A stretch of 64,000 nucleotides of DNA from Acidimicrobiales bacterium (GCA_035316325.1 DATHJB010000017.1:3434-67433), one strand, 5' to 3'; positions 47,978-57,494 are shown, counted from the stretch's first letter. Notes: generated by a model not told the origin, from the sequence alone. Translations and numbers: made by a program.

Positions 47978-50900
47978 ATGGGGCTCGAGATCACGCTCGT
48001 GGGGGACGTGACCATCCGTCGGACGAACGCGGCCGACGGGACCGGCGTCGACCAGCCCCGTCGGCTGCGCAGCGCCCAGGCGCGCGTGGCCTTCGCCCTG
48101 CTCACCCTGGAGCGCCAGCGGGGCGTCACCCGAGATGCCCTGGCCGAGGCCGTGTGGCCCGAGGGACTGCCCGCCACCTGGGAATCGGCGCTGCGGACGG
48201 TGGTGAGCCGGGTGCGGGCGTTCGTCGCCCCCGACGCCGCCTCGGGCGACGACGGCGGGCCGCTGGTGGCCCACGGCGGCCGCTACCTGCTGCACCTGCC
48301 CGACGACGTGGTGGTCGACGTCGAGCACGCCGACACCTGCCTGACGGAGGCCCAGTCGGCGACCGCGGCGGGCGACGTCGAGCGGGCCCGGCGGCTCGCG
48401 CAGACCGCGGTCGATCGTTTGCGCCCGCCGTTCCTGCCCGACCATGACGGCGAGTGGGTGACCAACCAGCGCGAGCAGGTCGCGGCCCAGCTGGTGACCG
48501 GGCTGGAGCTGCTCAGCCAGACGGCCTCCCAGCTGGGTGACCACGCCAGCGCCCTGGCCGCCGCCAACGACGCCGTCGCCCGGACGCCGTTGCGCGAGAG
48601 CGCCCACCGCTGCCGCATGGCGGCCCACGCTGCCGCCGGCAACCGCGCCGAGGCGCTGCGGGCCTACCAGCAGCTGCGCACGATGCTGGTCGACGAGATG
48701 GGCGTCGACCCGTCGCCCGAGACCGAGACCGCCTACCTGTCGCTGCTGGGCCCGCTCCCGGCGACCCACCGGCCGGTGCTGGCCGCGGCCGACGCCCCTC
48801 GCGCCGCCGCACCCGCCATGCCGCCGGGCTCACCGCCCCCGTTCGTGGGCCGGGAGGCCGAGCTGGCGGAGCTGCGTGCGGCGTGGCGGGCCGCGCGGGC
48901 GGGGCAACCCCGGCTGGTGCTGATCAGCGGCGAGGCGGGCAGCGGCAAGACCCGGCTGGCGAGCGAGGCGGCCCGTGAGATCGGCGCCGACGGTGCCCTG
49001 GTGCTGCTGGGCCGCTGCGACCCCACCCACGGCACCCCCTACCAGCCACTGGTCGAGCTGCTCGACGGCTTCCTCTACGCCCTCCCCCGCGACTGGACGC
49101 AGGAGTGGCGGCCCATGGTGCGCGCCGCGCTGGCCACGGTGTTCCCGTCGGTCGCCGGCCCCGACGACCCTCCGCCCGGAGCGATCCACGACCGGGCCCA
49201 GCTGTTCGACGCGGTCACCGAGATCCTGGTCGACGCCGCCGGCGACCGACCCATCCTGATCGTGCTCGACGACGCCCCCGCCGCCGACGAGGACTCCCTG
49301 GCCCTGCTCCGGCACCTGGTGCGCCACGTCGGCGAGGCGCCGCTGCTGGTGGTGGCGCTGGCCCAGCCCCGCGTCCCCTACGGCCACCCGCTCGCCGACA
49401 CGCTCCGGGCCCTCGACCGCGACGGCCTGCTGCAGCGCCTCCCGCTGGGCGGGCTCACCGAGAACGACGTGCGCGACCTGCTGGAGCTGATCCGCCCCGG
49501 CGACTCCGTCGAGGCGCGGGCGCGGCTCACCCGGTCGCTGCTGGCCGACACATCGGGCAACCCGCTGATGCTGGTGGAGCTGCTGCGCGACATCGACGAG
49601 GGTCCCGACCACGTCGTGCCGGCCGGCGTGCAGGACCTGGTCGAGCGCAAGCTCGACGGGCTGGGCGACGCGGCGCACGACCTGCTGCGGGCCGCCGCGG
49701 TGGCGGCCGTGGGCGGGCAGGAGTTCGACCTCGACCTGGTGGAGCACGCCCTCGGCCTCGACCGCCTGGCCGTGCTCGACGCCCTCGACGAGGCCCTCGA
49801 CAGCGGGCTGGTGGCCGAGGTGGGCACCGGCTACCGCTTCACCCAGGAGGTGACGCGCCGCACGCTGTACGACCGCCTCAGCGAGCCCCGGCGCCGCCAC
49901 CTGCACGAACGCCTGGCCGACGCCATCGAGGCGCTCCGGGCCGGGTCGCCGGACGACCACGCGGCCACGCTCGCCGAGCACCGCTTCGCCGCGGCGACAA
50001 GCGGCGGTGACCGCCGGGCGGTGGCGTCGGCCCGTGCCGCGGCAGCTCGGGCCCGGGCCGACCGGGCGCCGGCCGAGGTCGTGCGGCTCTGCGAGGTGGC
50101 CCTGGCCCACGTGCCGGGCGACGACCTCGTCCTGCAGACCGAGGTGCTCACCGACCTGGGCCTGGCGCTGGCCGACGCCGGCGAGAGCCGCGCCGAGCAG
50201 GTGCTCCTCGGCGCCGCTCTCCAGGCCCGCCGCTGCGCCCGCCCCGACCTGGCCGCCCGGGCCGCGCTCGGCCTGGCCGACATGGCCCGCGCCCTGCCCG
50301 CCCTCCGCCCGGACGTGGCGGCGCTGGTGGACGACCTCGTCGACTCGGTGGAGCCGACCGACCTCGTGACCGCTCGGCTGGTCGCCAGGCACGTGGAGCT
50401 CGGCGCCGGCGACGGGGTGTCACAGCAGGTCGTCACCACCGCGTCGAGCACGCTGCTCGCCCGGCTCGACGAGCTGGCCGGCCCGGAGGACCTCGCCGAA
50501 CGCCTCAGCCTGGCGACCGAGCTGGTCGCCCTCAGCACGCGACTCGACCACGACCGCGCCGCCGCTCTGGCCGCAGCCGCCGCCCACCACCGGGCCATGG
50601 CCGCGGCGCTGACGGGCGACTGGAAGACCGCCGACCACACCCTCGGCCGGGCCGGTGACCAGGCCATGCGGGCGCAACGGGCGGTCGTGGTGGCGGTGAC
50701 GCAGGGCGACTTCGCCGGAGCCGCGGCGCTGGCCGAGAAAGGCGCGCCAACGGCGTCGGCCCGCCGCCAGCTGCTGGTGGCCCGCTGGCTCCAGGGCCGC
50801 CTCGGCGCCGACGACGCCGACGACGACACCGGCTACGACCCTGCCGAGCAGGTGCTGATCGCCCTCGACCGCGGCAACCGGGGCCAGGCCCGTCTGGCGA

Positions 50901-51331
50901 TGCACGACCTGGCCAACGGCGTCGATCCCCTGCCGGGCGGCGACACCTGCCTGCATTCGCTGGGCCTGCTGGCGCTGGCCGCGGTCGAGCTGGGCGACGC
51001 CGCCACCGCCGAGGCCGTGCGCCGGCAGCTGGCGCCCCACGCCGAGCTGTGGTGCGCCGACGGCTACCGCAGCTTCGTCGGCACGGCCGGCTTCCACATG
51101 GGCCGGCTGGCCGCGGTGGGCGGCGACCTGGCCTATGCCGAGCGCTACCTCATGCCCGCGCTCAGCCAGCACGCCGAGATGCAGGCCCGCCCGTGGGTCG
51201 CCCTCACCCAGCACGCCCTCGCCGACGTGCTGGCCGCCCGGGGCCGGGCGTCGGACCGCGACTGGGTCGACGCCCTGCGCTCCGAGGTCCGCTGGATGGC
51301 CGCCGACCTCGGCCTCCGCCCCCTCAAATAA
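47978..51331 (+). CDS. SARP (wHTH+BTAD)-AAA ATPase-TPR transcriptional regulator (AfsR-like)
   Basis: ALLTLER..V.RDALAEAVW, PLRESAH..RM.A.AAAGNRAEALR.Y, GVDPSPET, GEAGSGKT, IVLDD, TSGNP. Confidence 0.9.
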   Translation: MGLEITLVGDVTIRRTNAADGTGVDQPRRLRSAQARVAFALLTLERQRGVTRDALAEAVWPEGLPATWESALRTVVSRVRAFVAPDAASGDDGGPLVAHGGRYLLHLPDDVVVDVEHADTCLTEAQSATAAGDVERARRLAQTAVDRLRPPFLPDHDGEWVTNQREQVAAQLVTGLELLSQTASQLGDHASALAAANDAVARTPLRESAHRCRMAAHAAAGNRAEALRAYQQLRTMLVDEMGVDPSPETETAYLSLLGPLPATHRPVLAAADAPRAAAPAMPPGSPPPFVGREAELAELRAAWRAARAGQPRLVLISGEAGSGKTRLASEAAREIGADGALVLLGRCDPTHGTPYQPLVELLDGFLYALPRDWTQEWRPMVRAALATVFPSVAGPDDPPPGAIHDRAQLFDAVTEILVDAAGDRPILIVLDDAPAADEDSLALLRHLVRHVGEAPLLVVALAQPRVPYGHPLADTLRALDRDGLLQRLPLGGLTENDVRDLLELIRPGDSVEARARLTRSLLADTSGNPLMLVELLRDIDEGPDHVVPAGVQDLVERKLDGLGDAAHDLLRAAAVAAVGGQEFDLDLVEHALGLDRLAVLDALDEALDSGLVAEVGTGYRFTQEVTRRTLYDRLSEPRRRHLHERLADAIEALRAGSPDDHAATLAEHRFAAATSGGDRRAVASARAAAARARADRAPAEVVRLCEVALAHVPGDDLVLQTEVLTDLGLALADAGESRAEQVLLGAALQARRCARPDLAARAALGLADMARALPALRPDVAALVDDLVDSVEPTDLVTARLVARHVELGAGDGVSQQVVTTASSTLLARLDELAGPEDLAERLSLATELVALSTRLDHDRAAALAAAAAHHRAMAAALTGDWKTADHTLGRAGDQAMRAQRAVVVAVTQGDFAGAAALAEKGAPTASARRQLLVARWLQGRLGADDADDDTGYDPAEQVLIALDRGNRGQARLAMHDLANGVDPLPGGDTCLHSLGLLALAAVELGDAATAEAVRRQLAPHAELWCADGYRSFVGTAGFHMGRLAAVGGDLAYAERYLMPALSQHAEMQARPWVALTQHALADVLAARGRASDRDWVDALRSEVRWMAADLGLRPLK

Positions 51332-51333
51332 CC

Positions 51334-51386
51334 CCGAAACTTCGACACAGATGGCGCCATGGCCACCACTTCTGTCGAGATTTCGG
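51334..51386. terminator. Intergenic stem-loop filling the gap between convergent genes
   Basis: ccgaaacttcgacacaga...tctgtcgagatttcgg. Confidence 0.6.
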
Positions 51387-52184
51387 CTATTCGCCGCCGA
51401 AGAGGTCGGCGAAGGTCTCGGTGCGGCGGATCGTGACCGGCTCCTCCTCGGCCAGCTCGGAGCCGAGCATCCCGGCGTAGCCGTCGCGCTCCAGCTCCTC
51501 GGCCAGCTCGGGGCCGCCCGAGCGCACCACCATCCCCCGGGCGAGCACGTGCACCCGGTCGGCCCGCAGCTCGGAGAGCAACCGGCTGTAGTGGGTGATC
51601 GCCAGCACGCCGAGGCCGTTGTTGGTGGCGGCCTCGATGCGCCGGGAGCAGGCCCGCAGCGCGTCGACGTCGAGCCCGGAGTCGAGCTCGTCGAGCACGG
51701 CGATCGCCGGCTGCAGCACCGCCAGCTGCAGGGTCTCGTTCTTCTTCTTCTCGCCGCCCGACAGGTCGACGTTGAGCGCCCGGCCCAGCAGGCGGGCGTC
51801 GAGGTCGAGCCGCGACGCCTCGGCCTCGATGCGCAGGTCGACGCCCTCGGGGTCGCGCCCTGCCGCCGCCAGCGCATAGCTCAGCAGCTCCTGCAGCGAC
51901 ACGCCCGGCACCTCGGTCGGGTACTGCAGCGCCAGGAACAGCCCGGCCTGCGCCCGCTCGTAGGGGGTCATCGCGAGGATGTCCCGGCCGTCGAGCGTCA
52001 CCGAGCCGCCCAGCACCTCGTAGCCGGGGCGCCCCATGATCACGTGGGCCAGCGTCGACTTGCCTGACCCGTTGGGCCCCATCACCGCGTGCACCTCGCC
52101 CGACCGCACGGTCAGGTCGACGCCCCGCAGGATCTCCTTACCGGCGACACCGGCCCGCAGGCCCGAGATCTCGAGGACAGCCAT
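51387..52184 (-). CDS. sufC: Fe-S assembly ATPase SufC (copy 2)
   Basis: MGPNGSGKSTL, LQYP, NVDLSGGEKKKNE, LDELDSGLDVDAL. Confidence 0.92.
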   Translation of the reverse strand: MAVLEISGLRAGVAGKEILRGVDLTVRSGEVHAVMGPNGSGKSTLAHVIMGRPGYEVLGGSVTLDGRDILAMTPYERAQAGLFLALQYPTEVPGVSLQELLSYALAAAGRDPEGVDLRIEAEASRLDLDARLLGRALNVDLSGGEKKKNETLQLAVLQPAIAVLDELDSGLDVDALRACSRRIEAATNNGLGVLAITHYSRLLSELRADRVHVLARGMVVRSGGPELAEELERDGYAGMLGSELAEEEPVTIRRTETFADLFGGE

Positions 52185-52495
52185 CAGTCGACCACCACCA
52201 ACACGTCGTCGCCGTCGACGACGACCTCGTAGACGGGCACACCCTTGGTGGCCGGCAGGGTCAGCGACTCGCCGGTCTCCAGCGAGAACTCGCTGCCGTG
52301 CTTCCAGCACTCGATGGTCTTCTCACCGGTGTGGATCTCGCCCTCGGACAGCGAGATGTTCTGGTGCGAGCAGACGTCGCCGATGGCGTACACGTCGTCG
52401 TCCAGGCGCACCACGGCGATGTGCCGCCCGTCGACGTCGAACCGCCGAGCCGTGTTCGGCTCCAGCTCGTCGAACGCGCAGATCCGCTGCTTCAC
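52184..52495 (-). CDS. Rieske-type [2Fe-2S] ferredoxin
   Basis: CSH...ECWKHGS Rieske motifs. GTG start at 52495 overlaps the sufD stop. Confidence 0.92.
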   Translation of the reverse strand: MKQRICAFDELEPNTARRFDVDGRHIAVVRLDDDVYAIGDVCSHQNISLSEGEIHTGEKTIECWKHGSEFSLETGESLTLPATKGVPVYEVVVDGDDVLVVVD

Positions 52496-53775
52496 GATTC
52501 TCTCCGGTCGAACTTGGCGGCCACGGTCTTCGCCAGCACCGAAGCGAGGCCCGCGACGGGCAGCTTGGCCAGCACCTCGCCGAAGAAGCCGCCCACGATG
52601 AGGCGCTCGGCCACGTCGGTCGGCAGGCCCCGGCTCTCCAGGTAGAAGCGCTGCTCCTCGTCGATCGGGCCAACGGCCGAGGCGTGGCTGCAGCGCACGT
52701 CGTTGTTCTCGATCATCAGGTTGGGGATCGACTCGGCCCACGCCTGCTCGGACAGCTTCACGTTGCGGTTCGTCTGGAAGGCGTTGGTGCCCCGGGCATC
52801 CTTCCCGACCCGGATGAGCCCCGTGTACACCGAGCGGGAACGACCGCCACCGGCCCCCTTGAACAGCAGGTTGCTGGTGCAGTCAGGGGCGACGTGCTCC
52901 TGGAAGGTGCGGAAGTCGAGCGTCTGGTCGCCCTCGCCGAAGTAGATGGCGTCGAGCTCGCCGGTGGCGCCCCGGCCGACCATGCGGCAGTCGGTGCGCA
53001 GGCGGGCGTACTCGCCGCCGAAGCCCACCGACGTGGAGCGGAACGTGGCCTCGGCCTCGACCCGGGAGGCCTGCAGGCCGATCTGCCAGGTGGACAGGTC
53101 GAGCTGCTGCACGTTGACGAAGCCGACCCGGGCGGCCCGCTCGGCCACGATCTCGGTGACCGGCACCACCAGGCCACCCTGGCCCGCCGACACCTGCACC
53201 TCGATCACCGACGCCGAGCTGTCGGCGCCGGCGTGGACCACCAGGCGGGGGAAGGCCGCCACCCGGTCGCCCTCGGTGACGTGCACGACCACCACGGGGG
53301 CGGGCAGCACCAGGCCGTCGGGGATGCGCACGACGACGGGCTCCAGCTGGGCGGCGTCGTTCAGGAGGGTGAAGGCGTCGGTGGCGGAGGGAGTGGGGCC
53401 CTCGCTGGAGAGCGCCTCGCCCAGCACGCCGACGTCGCCCTCGGCCGCCGGTCCGACCAGCAGGCCCTTGGCGGCGAGGCCCTCGTCGACCTCGACGTCG
53501 ACCACCCGGCCGTTGCGGGCGACGACCGTGGCCGCCCGGTCGACCAGGGCGCCGAGTACGTCGGGCACGTGCGACGACACGCCGCCGCGGCCGGGACCGT
53601 CGGACAGGGTGTACCCGTCGAGGTCGAGGTCGTCGATGCGGCTGTAGCGCCACAGCTCCTCGTCGGTGCTGGGCATGTCGACCTTGGCGAAGGCGGCGAG
53701 CGCCTCGGCCCGCCGCTCACGCAGCCAGTCGGGGCCGTCCAGCTCGAGGACGGCATCGGTCAGCGACGTGCTCAC
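52492..53775 (-). CDS. sufD: Fe-S assembly protein SufD
   Basis: DEELWRYS, DFRTFQEH.APDC.SNLLFKG, NAFQTNRN, SIPNL.IENNDVRCSH, FYLESRG. Confidence 0.92.
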   Translation of the reverse strand: MSTSLTDAVLELDGPDWLRERRAEALAAFAKVDMPSTDEELWRYSRIDDLDLDGYTLSDGPGRGGVSSHVPDVLGALVDRAATVVARNGRVVDVEVDEGLAAKGLLVGPAAEGDVGVLGEALSSEGPTPSATDAFTLLNDAAQLEPVVVRIPDGLVLPAPVVVVHVTEGDRVAAFPRLVVHAGADSSASVIEVQVSAGQGGLVVPVTEIVAERAARVGFVNVQQLDLSTWQIGLQASRVEAEATFRSTSVGFGGEYARLRTDCRMVGRGATGELDAIYFGEGDQTLDFRTFQEHVAPDCTSNLLFKGAGGGRSRSVYTGLIRVGKDARGTNAFQTNRNVKLSEQAWAESIPNLMIENNDVRCSHASAVGPIDEEQRFYLESRGLPTDVAERLIVGGFFGEVLAKLPVAGLASVLAKTVAAKFDRRES

Positions 53776-53808
53776 GTGTGAACCTCTACCTCGACCCGGA
53801 GCTCAGAC

Positions 53809-54168
53809 TCAGGAACGCTTGCGCCACCAGCGCTTCCAGCGGGGAGACTCCTCCTCGCGGCGCTGGGCCTGCACCTCGGCCAGGACGGAAGGCCCGACCG
53901 AGTTGATGATCTCCTCGGCCTCGTCGAGCAGCTTGGCCACCGAACCGTCGCCACGGTCGAGCGCGTCGAGCGGCTCGGCCGGTGTGGCCGGGGTGACCAG
54001 GGTGCCGTGGGCCCAGTTGACGTCGGCCATGCGCCGCTCGTAGCGGGGACAGTCGGCCGGGCAACGCCAAGGGGCCTCGGGGGCGAGATCGAGATCGCAC
54101 TTCCGCACCGTCTCGCCGTTGCGATAGGTGCGGGACTCGAAGTGCTTGCAGTCCTGGCGCATCGGCAC
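53809..54168 (-). CDS. Uncharacterised 4-Cys protein inside the suf operon
   Basis: MRQDCKHFESRTY.NGETVRKCDLDLAPEAPWRCPADCPRYERR. Co-oriented between sufB and sufD. Confidence 0.8.
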   Translation of the reverse strand: MPMRQDCKHFESRTYRNGETVRKCDLDLAPEAPWRCPADCPRYERRMADVNWAHGTLVTPATPAEPLDALDRGDGSVAKLLDEAEEIINSVGPSVLAEVQAQRREEESPRWKRWWRKRS

Positions 54169-54232
54169 AGCGCCATTGTGCCAGGACTGCAGGATGGAGC
54201 GGTATGCAGGTCAGCGGACATTCAGCTTGGGT

Positions 54233-55633
54233 CTAACCGACCGAGCCTTCCATCTGGAGCTCGATCAGCCGCGACCACTCCACGGCGTACTCCATGGGCA
54301 GGGTGCGGGTGACGGGCTCGATGAAGCCGTTGACGATCATGCTCATCGCCTGCTCGTCGCTGAGACCTCGGCTCTTCAGGTAGAAGAGCTGCTCGTCGGC
54401 CACCTTCGACACCGTCGCCTCGTGACCGACGACCGCGTCGCGGGCACCGATCTCCATGGTGGGGAAGGTGTCGCTGATCGAGTCCTCGTCGAGGATCAGG
54501 GCGTCGCACTGCACGTGGCTCTTGCAGCCGTAGGCGTCGTCCTCGACCCGGACCAGGCCGCGGTACGACGTGCGGCCGCCGTCCTTGGAGATCGACTTCG
54601 ACACGATCTTCGAGGTGGTCTCGGGGGCAGCGTGCACCATCTTGGCGCCGGCGTCCTGGTGCTGGCCCGGCCCTGCGTAGGCGACCGAGAGAACCTCGCC
54701 CGACGCCTTCGGGCCGACCATGTACACCGACGGGTACTTCATGGTGAGCCGCGAGCCGATGTTGCCGTCGATCCACTCCATGTGGCCCTCGGCCTCGACC
54801 CGCGCCCGCTTGGTGACCAGGTTGAACACGTTGTTCGACCAGTTCTGGATGGTCGTGTAGGTGACCCGGGCGCTGGGCTTGACCACGATCTCGACCACCG
54901 CGGAGTGCAGCGAGTCGGACGTGTACACCGGCGCCGAGCAGCCCTCGATGTAGTGCACCCGCGAGCCCTCGTCGGCGATGATCAGCGTGCGCTCGAACTG
55001 GCCCATGTTCTCGGTGTTGATCCGGAAGTAGGCCTGCAGGGGCATGTCGACCTCGACGCCCGGCGGCACGTAGATGAACGACCCGCCCGACCACACCGAC
55101 GAGTTCAGCGCCGAGAACTTGTTGTCGTTCTTGGGGATGATCTTGCCGAAGTAGGGCTTGACGATCTCGGGGTAGTCGCGCAGCGCCGTGTCCATGTCGC
55201 AGAAGATGACGCCCTGCTTCTCGAGGTCCTCACGGTTGCGGTGGAACACGACCTCGGACTCGTACTGGGCGGTGACGCCGGCCAGGTACTTCCGCTCCGC
55301 CTCCGGGATGCCCAGCTTCTCGTAGGTGTTCTTGATGGCGTCGGGCAGCTCGTCCCACTGGTCGACCTGACCCTCGGTGGGCTTCACGTAGTAGAAGATG
55401 TCGTCGAAGAAGATCTGGGACATGTCGCCGCCCCAGTTCGGCATGGGACGACGTTCGAAGTGCTTGAGCGAGCTGAGGCGGAAGTCGAGCATCCAGTCGG
55501 GCTCGCCCTTCATCCACGACATCTCGCGGACGATCTCCTCGTTCAGGCCCTTGCGGGGCTTGAAGACGTAGTTGCTCTCTTCGTCGGACCAACCGAGCTT
55601 GTAACGCCCCAGGTCGAGATCAGCAACGGCCAT
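54233..55633 (-). CDS. sufB: Fe-S assembly protein SufB
   Basis: [47 protein letters not shown]. Confidence 0.97.
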   Translation of the reverse strand: MAVADLDLGRYKLGWSDEESNYVFKPRKGLNEEIVREMSWMKGEPDWMLDFRLSSLKHFERRPMPNWGGDMSQIFFDDIFYYVKPTEGQVDQWDELPDAIKNTYEKLGIPEAERKYLAGVTAQYESEVVFHRNREDLEKQGVIFCDMDTALRDYPEIVKPYFGKIIPKNDNKFSALNSSVWSGGSFIYVPPGVEVDMPLQAYFRINTENMGQFERTLIIADEGSRVHYIEGCSAPVYTSDSLHSAVVEIVVKPSARVTYTTIQNWSNNVFNLVTKRARVEAEGHMEWIDGNIGSRLTMKYPSVYMVGPKASGEVLSVAYAGPGQHQDAGAKMVHAAPETTSKIVSKSISKDGGRTSYRGLVRVEDDAYGCKSHVQCDALILDEDSISDTFPTMEIGARDAVVGHEATVSKVADEQLFYLKSRGLSDEQAMSMIVNGFIEPVTRTLPMEYAVEWSRLIELQMEGSVG

Positions 55634-55677
55634 GTGTGCGGTTCCTTCGTCCTTGACGGTCGGCAGAAGGCTGCGGA

Positions 55678-55703
55678 ATTTCTCCTACGGCGATAGTAGC
55701 AAT
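55678..55703. promoter_or_regulatory. 26-bp dyad operator upstream of sufB
   Basis: ATTTCTCCTA-CGGCGA-TAGT-AGC-AAT, overlapping a TACTAT -10-like box on the minus strand. 17/26 identical to 32124-32149 with no gaps. Confidence 0.75.
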
Positions 55704-55772
55704 CCCCTCGCGCCGCTCCACAGACCTGACCGCGCGTCTTGACGACTTCGCCGCTCACGGTGGGAAGCTGTC

Positions 55773-56513
55773 GTGCTCATGCCGGGAAGACAGGACGACG
55801 GGCCGCGCCCGCTGGTGCTGCTGGCCGACGACGAGGAGGCCATCACCGCCAACCTGGCGCCCTTCCTCGAACGGTCGGGCTTCCGGGTGCACGTGGTGCA
55901 CGACGGCGAGGCCGCGCTGCGGGCCGTCCACGACCGCGATCCCGACCTCTGCGTGCTCGACGTGCTGATGCCCAGGCTCAACGGCCGTGAGGTGCTGCGC
56001 CGCCTGCGGGCCGACGGCATGTGGGGGCCGGTGCTGCTGCTCACCCAGGTCGGCGAGGCGGGCGAGCGGGCCATGGCGCTGGAGGAGGGGGCCGACGACT
56101 ACCTCAACAAGCCGTTCGACCCCCAGGAGCTGGTGGCCCGCATCCGGGCGGTGCTCCGCCGGGCCCGGCCCGGCCGACCGCCGCTCAGCGCCGCCGGCAC
56201 CCTCCGGAGCGGTCGCCTGCGCTTCGACCGGGTGGCCCGGCGCGCCTGGCTCGGCGACGGCGAGCTCACGCTGACGCCGAAGGCGCTGACCCTGCTCGAC
56301 TACCTGCTCACGCATCCCGACGAGCTGCTCACGCGGGAGCGCCTGCTCGACGTCATCTGGGGCTTCACCACCCCGGTGGGCACCCGGGCGGTCGACAACC
56401 GCGTCGCCGAGCTGCGCCGCCTCCTCGGCGACGACGCCGCCGACCCCACCTGGATCGAGACCGTGTCCGGCCTCGGCTACCGCTTCTGCGCCAAGGTGGA
56501 GACCGCGTCGTGA
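55773..56513 (+). CDS. OmpR-family response regulator
   Basis: LLADDE, LDVLMP, DDYLNKPF and C-terminal wHTH (IETVSGLGYRF). Confidence 0.95.
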   Translation: MLMPGRQDDGPRPLVLLADDEEAITANLAPFLERSGFRVHVVHDGEAALRAVHDRDPDLCVLDVLMPRLNGREVLRRLRADGMWGPVLLLTQVGEAGERAMALEEGADDYLNKPFDPQELVARIRAVLRRARPGRPPLSAAGTLRSGRLRFDRVARRAWLGDGELTLTPKALTLLDYLLTHPDELLTRERLLDVIWGFTTPVGTRAVDNRVAELRRLLGDDAADPTWIETVSGLGYRFCAKVETAS

Positions 56514-57433
56514 GCGCACCGCCCGTCTCCCCTCCTTCTTTGCAGGAAAGGCGCCCTCTACGGGCGCTGGTCCTTCAAGGAGCGGTGGCCCCAGCGGCCC
56601 TGGGCCTCGCGGTGGCCGCCTTCCTGCGCCTCCGGTCACCCACCCAGAACGTCTACACGGAGACCCGGCTGTGGATCGCCGCGGCGATCGCCGGGCTGCT
56701 GGTGTCGGCCGTCCTGGTCGCGGTGACGCTGGGGCGGGAGCGGCTGGCGGCCGCCCGGACCGAGGCCCTGGTGACCGCGGGCGAGGAGCACCGGCGGTTC
56801 CTGCTGCGGCTGGACCACGAGCTGAAGAACCCGGTCACCGCCATCCAGGCGGGGCTGGCCAACCTCCCCGCGTCGGGAGCGGCGGCGAGCGTGTCGGCCC
56901 AGGCCCGCCGGCTGGCCGACCTGGTGGCCGACCTGCGCAAGCTCGCCGAGCTGGAGACCCGGCCGCTGGAGCGGGCGCCGGTCGACGTGGCCGAGATGCT
57001 CACCGAGATCCACGAGGTCGCCGTCGAGCTGCCCGGGGCCGACCAGCGGGCCCTCACGCTCAGCCTGCCGCAGGCCCCCTGGCCGGTCGGCACCATCCCC
57101 GGCGACCGCGACCTGCTGTTCCTGGCCATCCACAACCTGGTCGTGAACGCCGTGAAGTTCTCGCACCCGGGCGACCGCATCGAGATGCGCGCCCGCGACG
57201 AGGGCGACCACGTGGTGGTCGAGGTGGCCGACACCGGCATCGGCATCCCGGGCGACGAGGTGGACCACATCTGGGACGACCTGGCCCGCGGCTCAGCCGC
57301 CGCCGGCACGCCCGGGAGCGGGTTGGGCCTCGCCCTGGCCCGGGTCGTCGTCGGGCGCCACGGCGGCAGCGTCTGGGTGCGCAGCCGGGTCGGCGACGGG
57401 ACCGTGATGGGCCTGCGACTCCCGGCGGCATGA
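56510..57433 (+). CDS. Sensor histidine kinase (two TM, minimal extracellular loop)
   Basis: DHELKNP, NLVVNAVKF, DTGIGI, GSGLGL. Confidence 0.92.
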   Translation: MSAPPVSPPSLQERRPLRALVLQGAVAPAALGLAVAAFLRLRSPTQNVYTETRLWIAAAIAGLLVSAVLVAVTLGRERLAAARTEALVTAGEEHRRFLLRLDHELKNPVTAIQAGLANLPASGAAASVSAQARRLADLVADLRKLAELETRPLERAPVDVAEMLTEIHEVAVELPGADQRALTLSLPQAPWPVGTIPGDRDLLFLAIHNLVVNAVKFSHPGDRIEMRARDEGDHVVVEVADTGIGIPGDEVDHIWDDLARGSAAAGTPGSGLGLALARVVVGRHGGSVWVRSRVGDGTVMGLRLPAA

Positions 57434-57446
57434 CCCGTCGCCGGAT

Positions 57447-57494
57447 TGCGACCCGTGTCGCAGGACTGCGACACGGTCCTCCTACCGCTGCGAC
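57447..57494. promoter_or_regulatory. TGCGAC repeat array / 11-bp palindrome upstream of the VWA lipoprotein
   Basis: TGCGAC at 57447, 57467 and 57489. Perfect inverted repeat CCGTGTCGCAG-GA-CTGCGACACGG (57453-57476). Confidence 0.6.
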
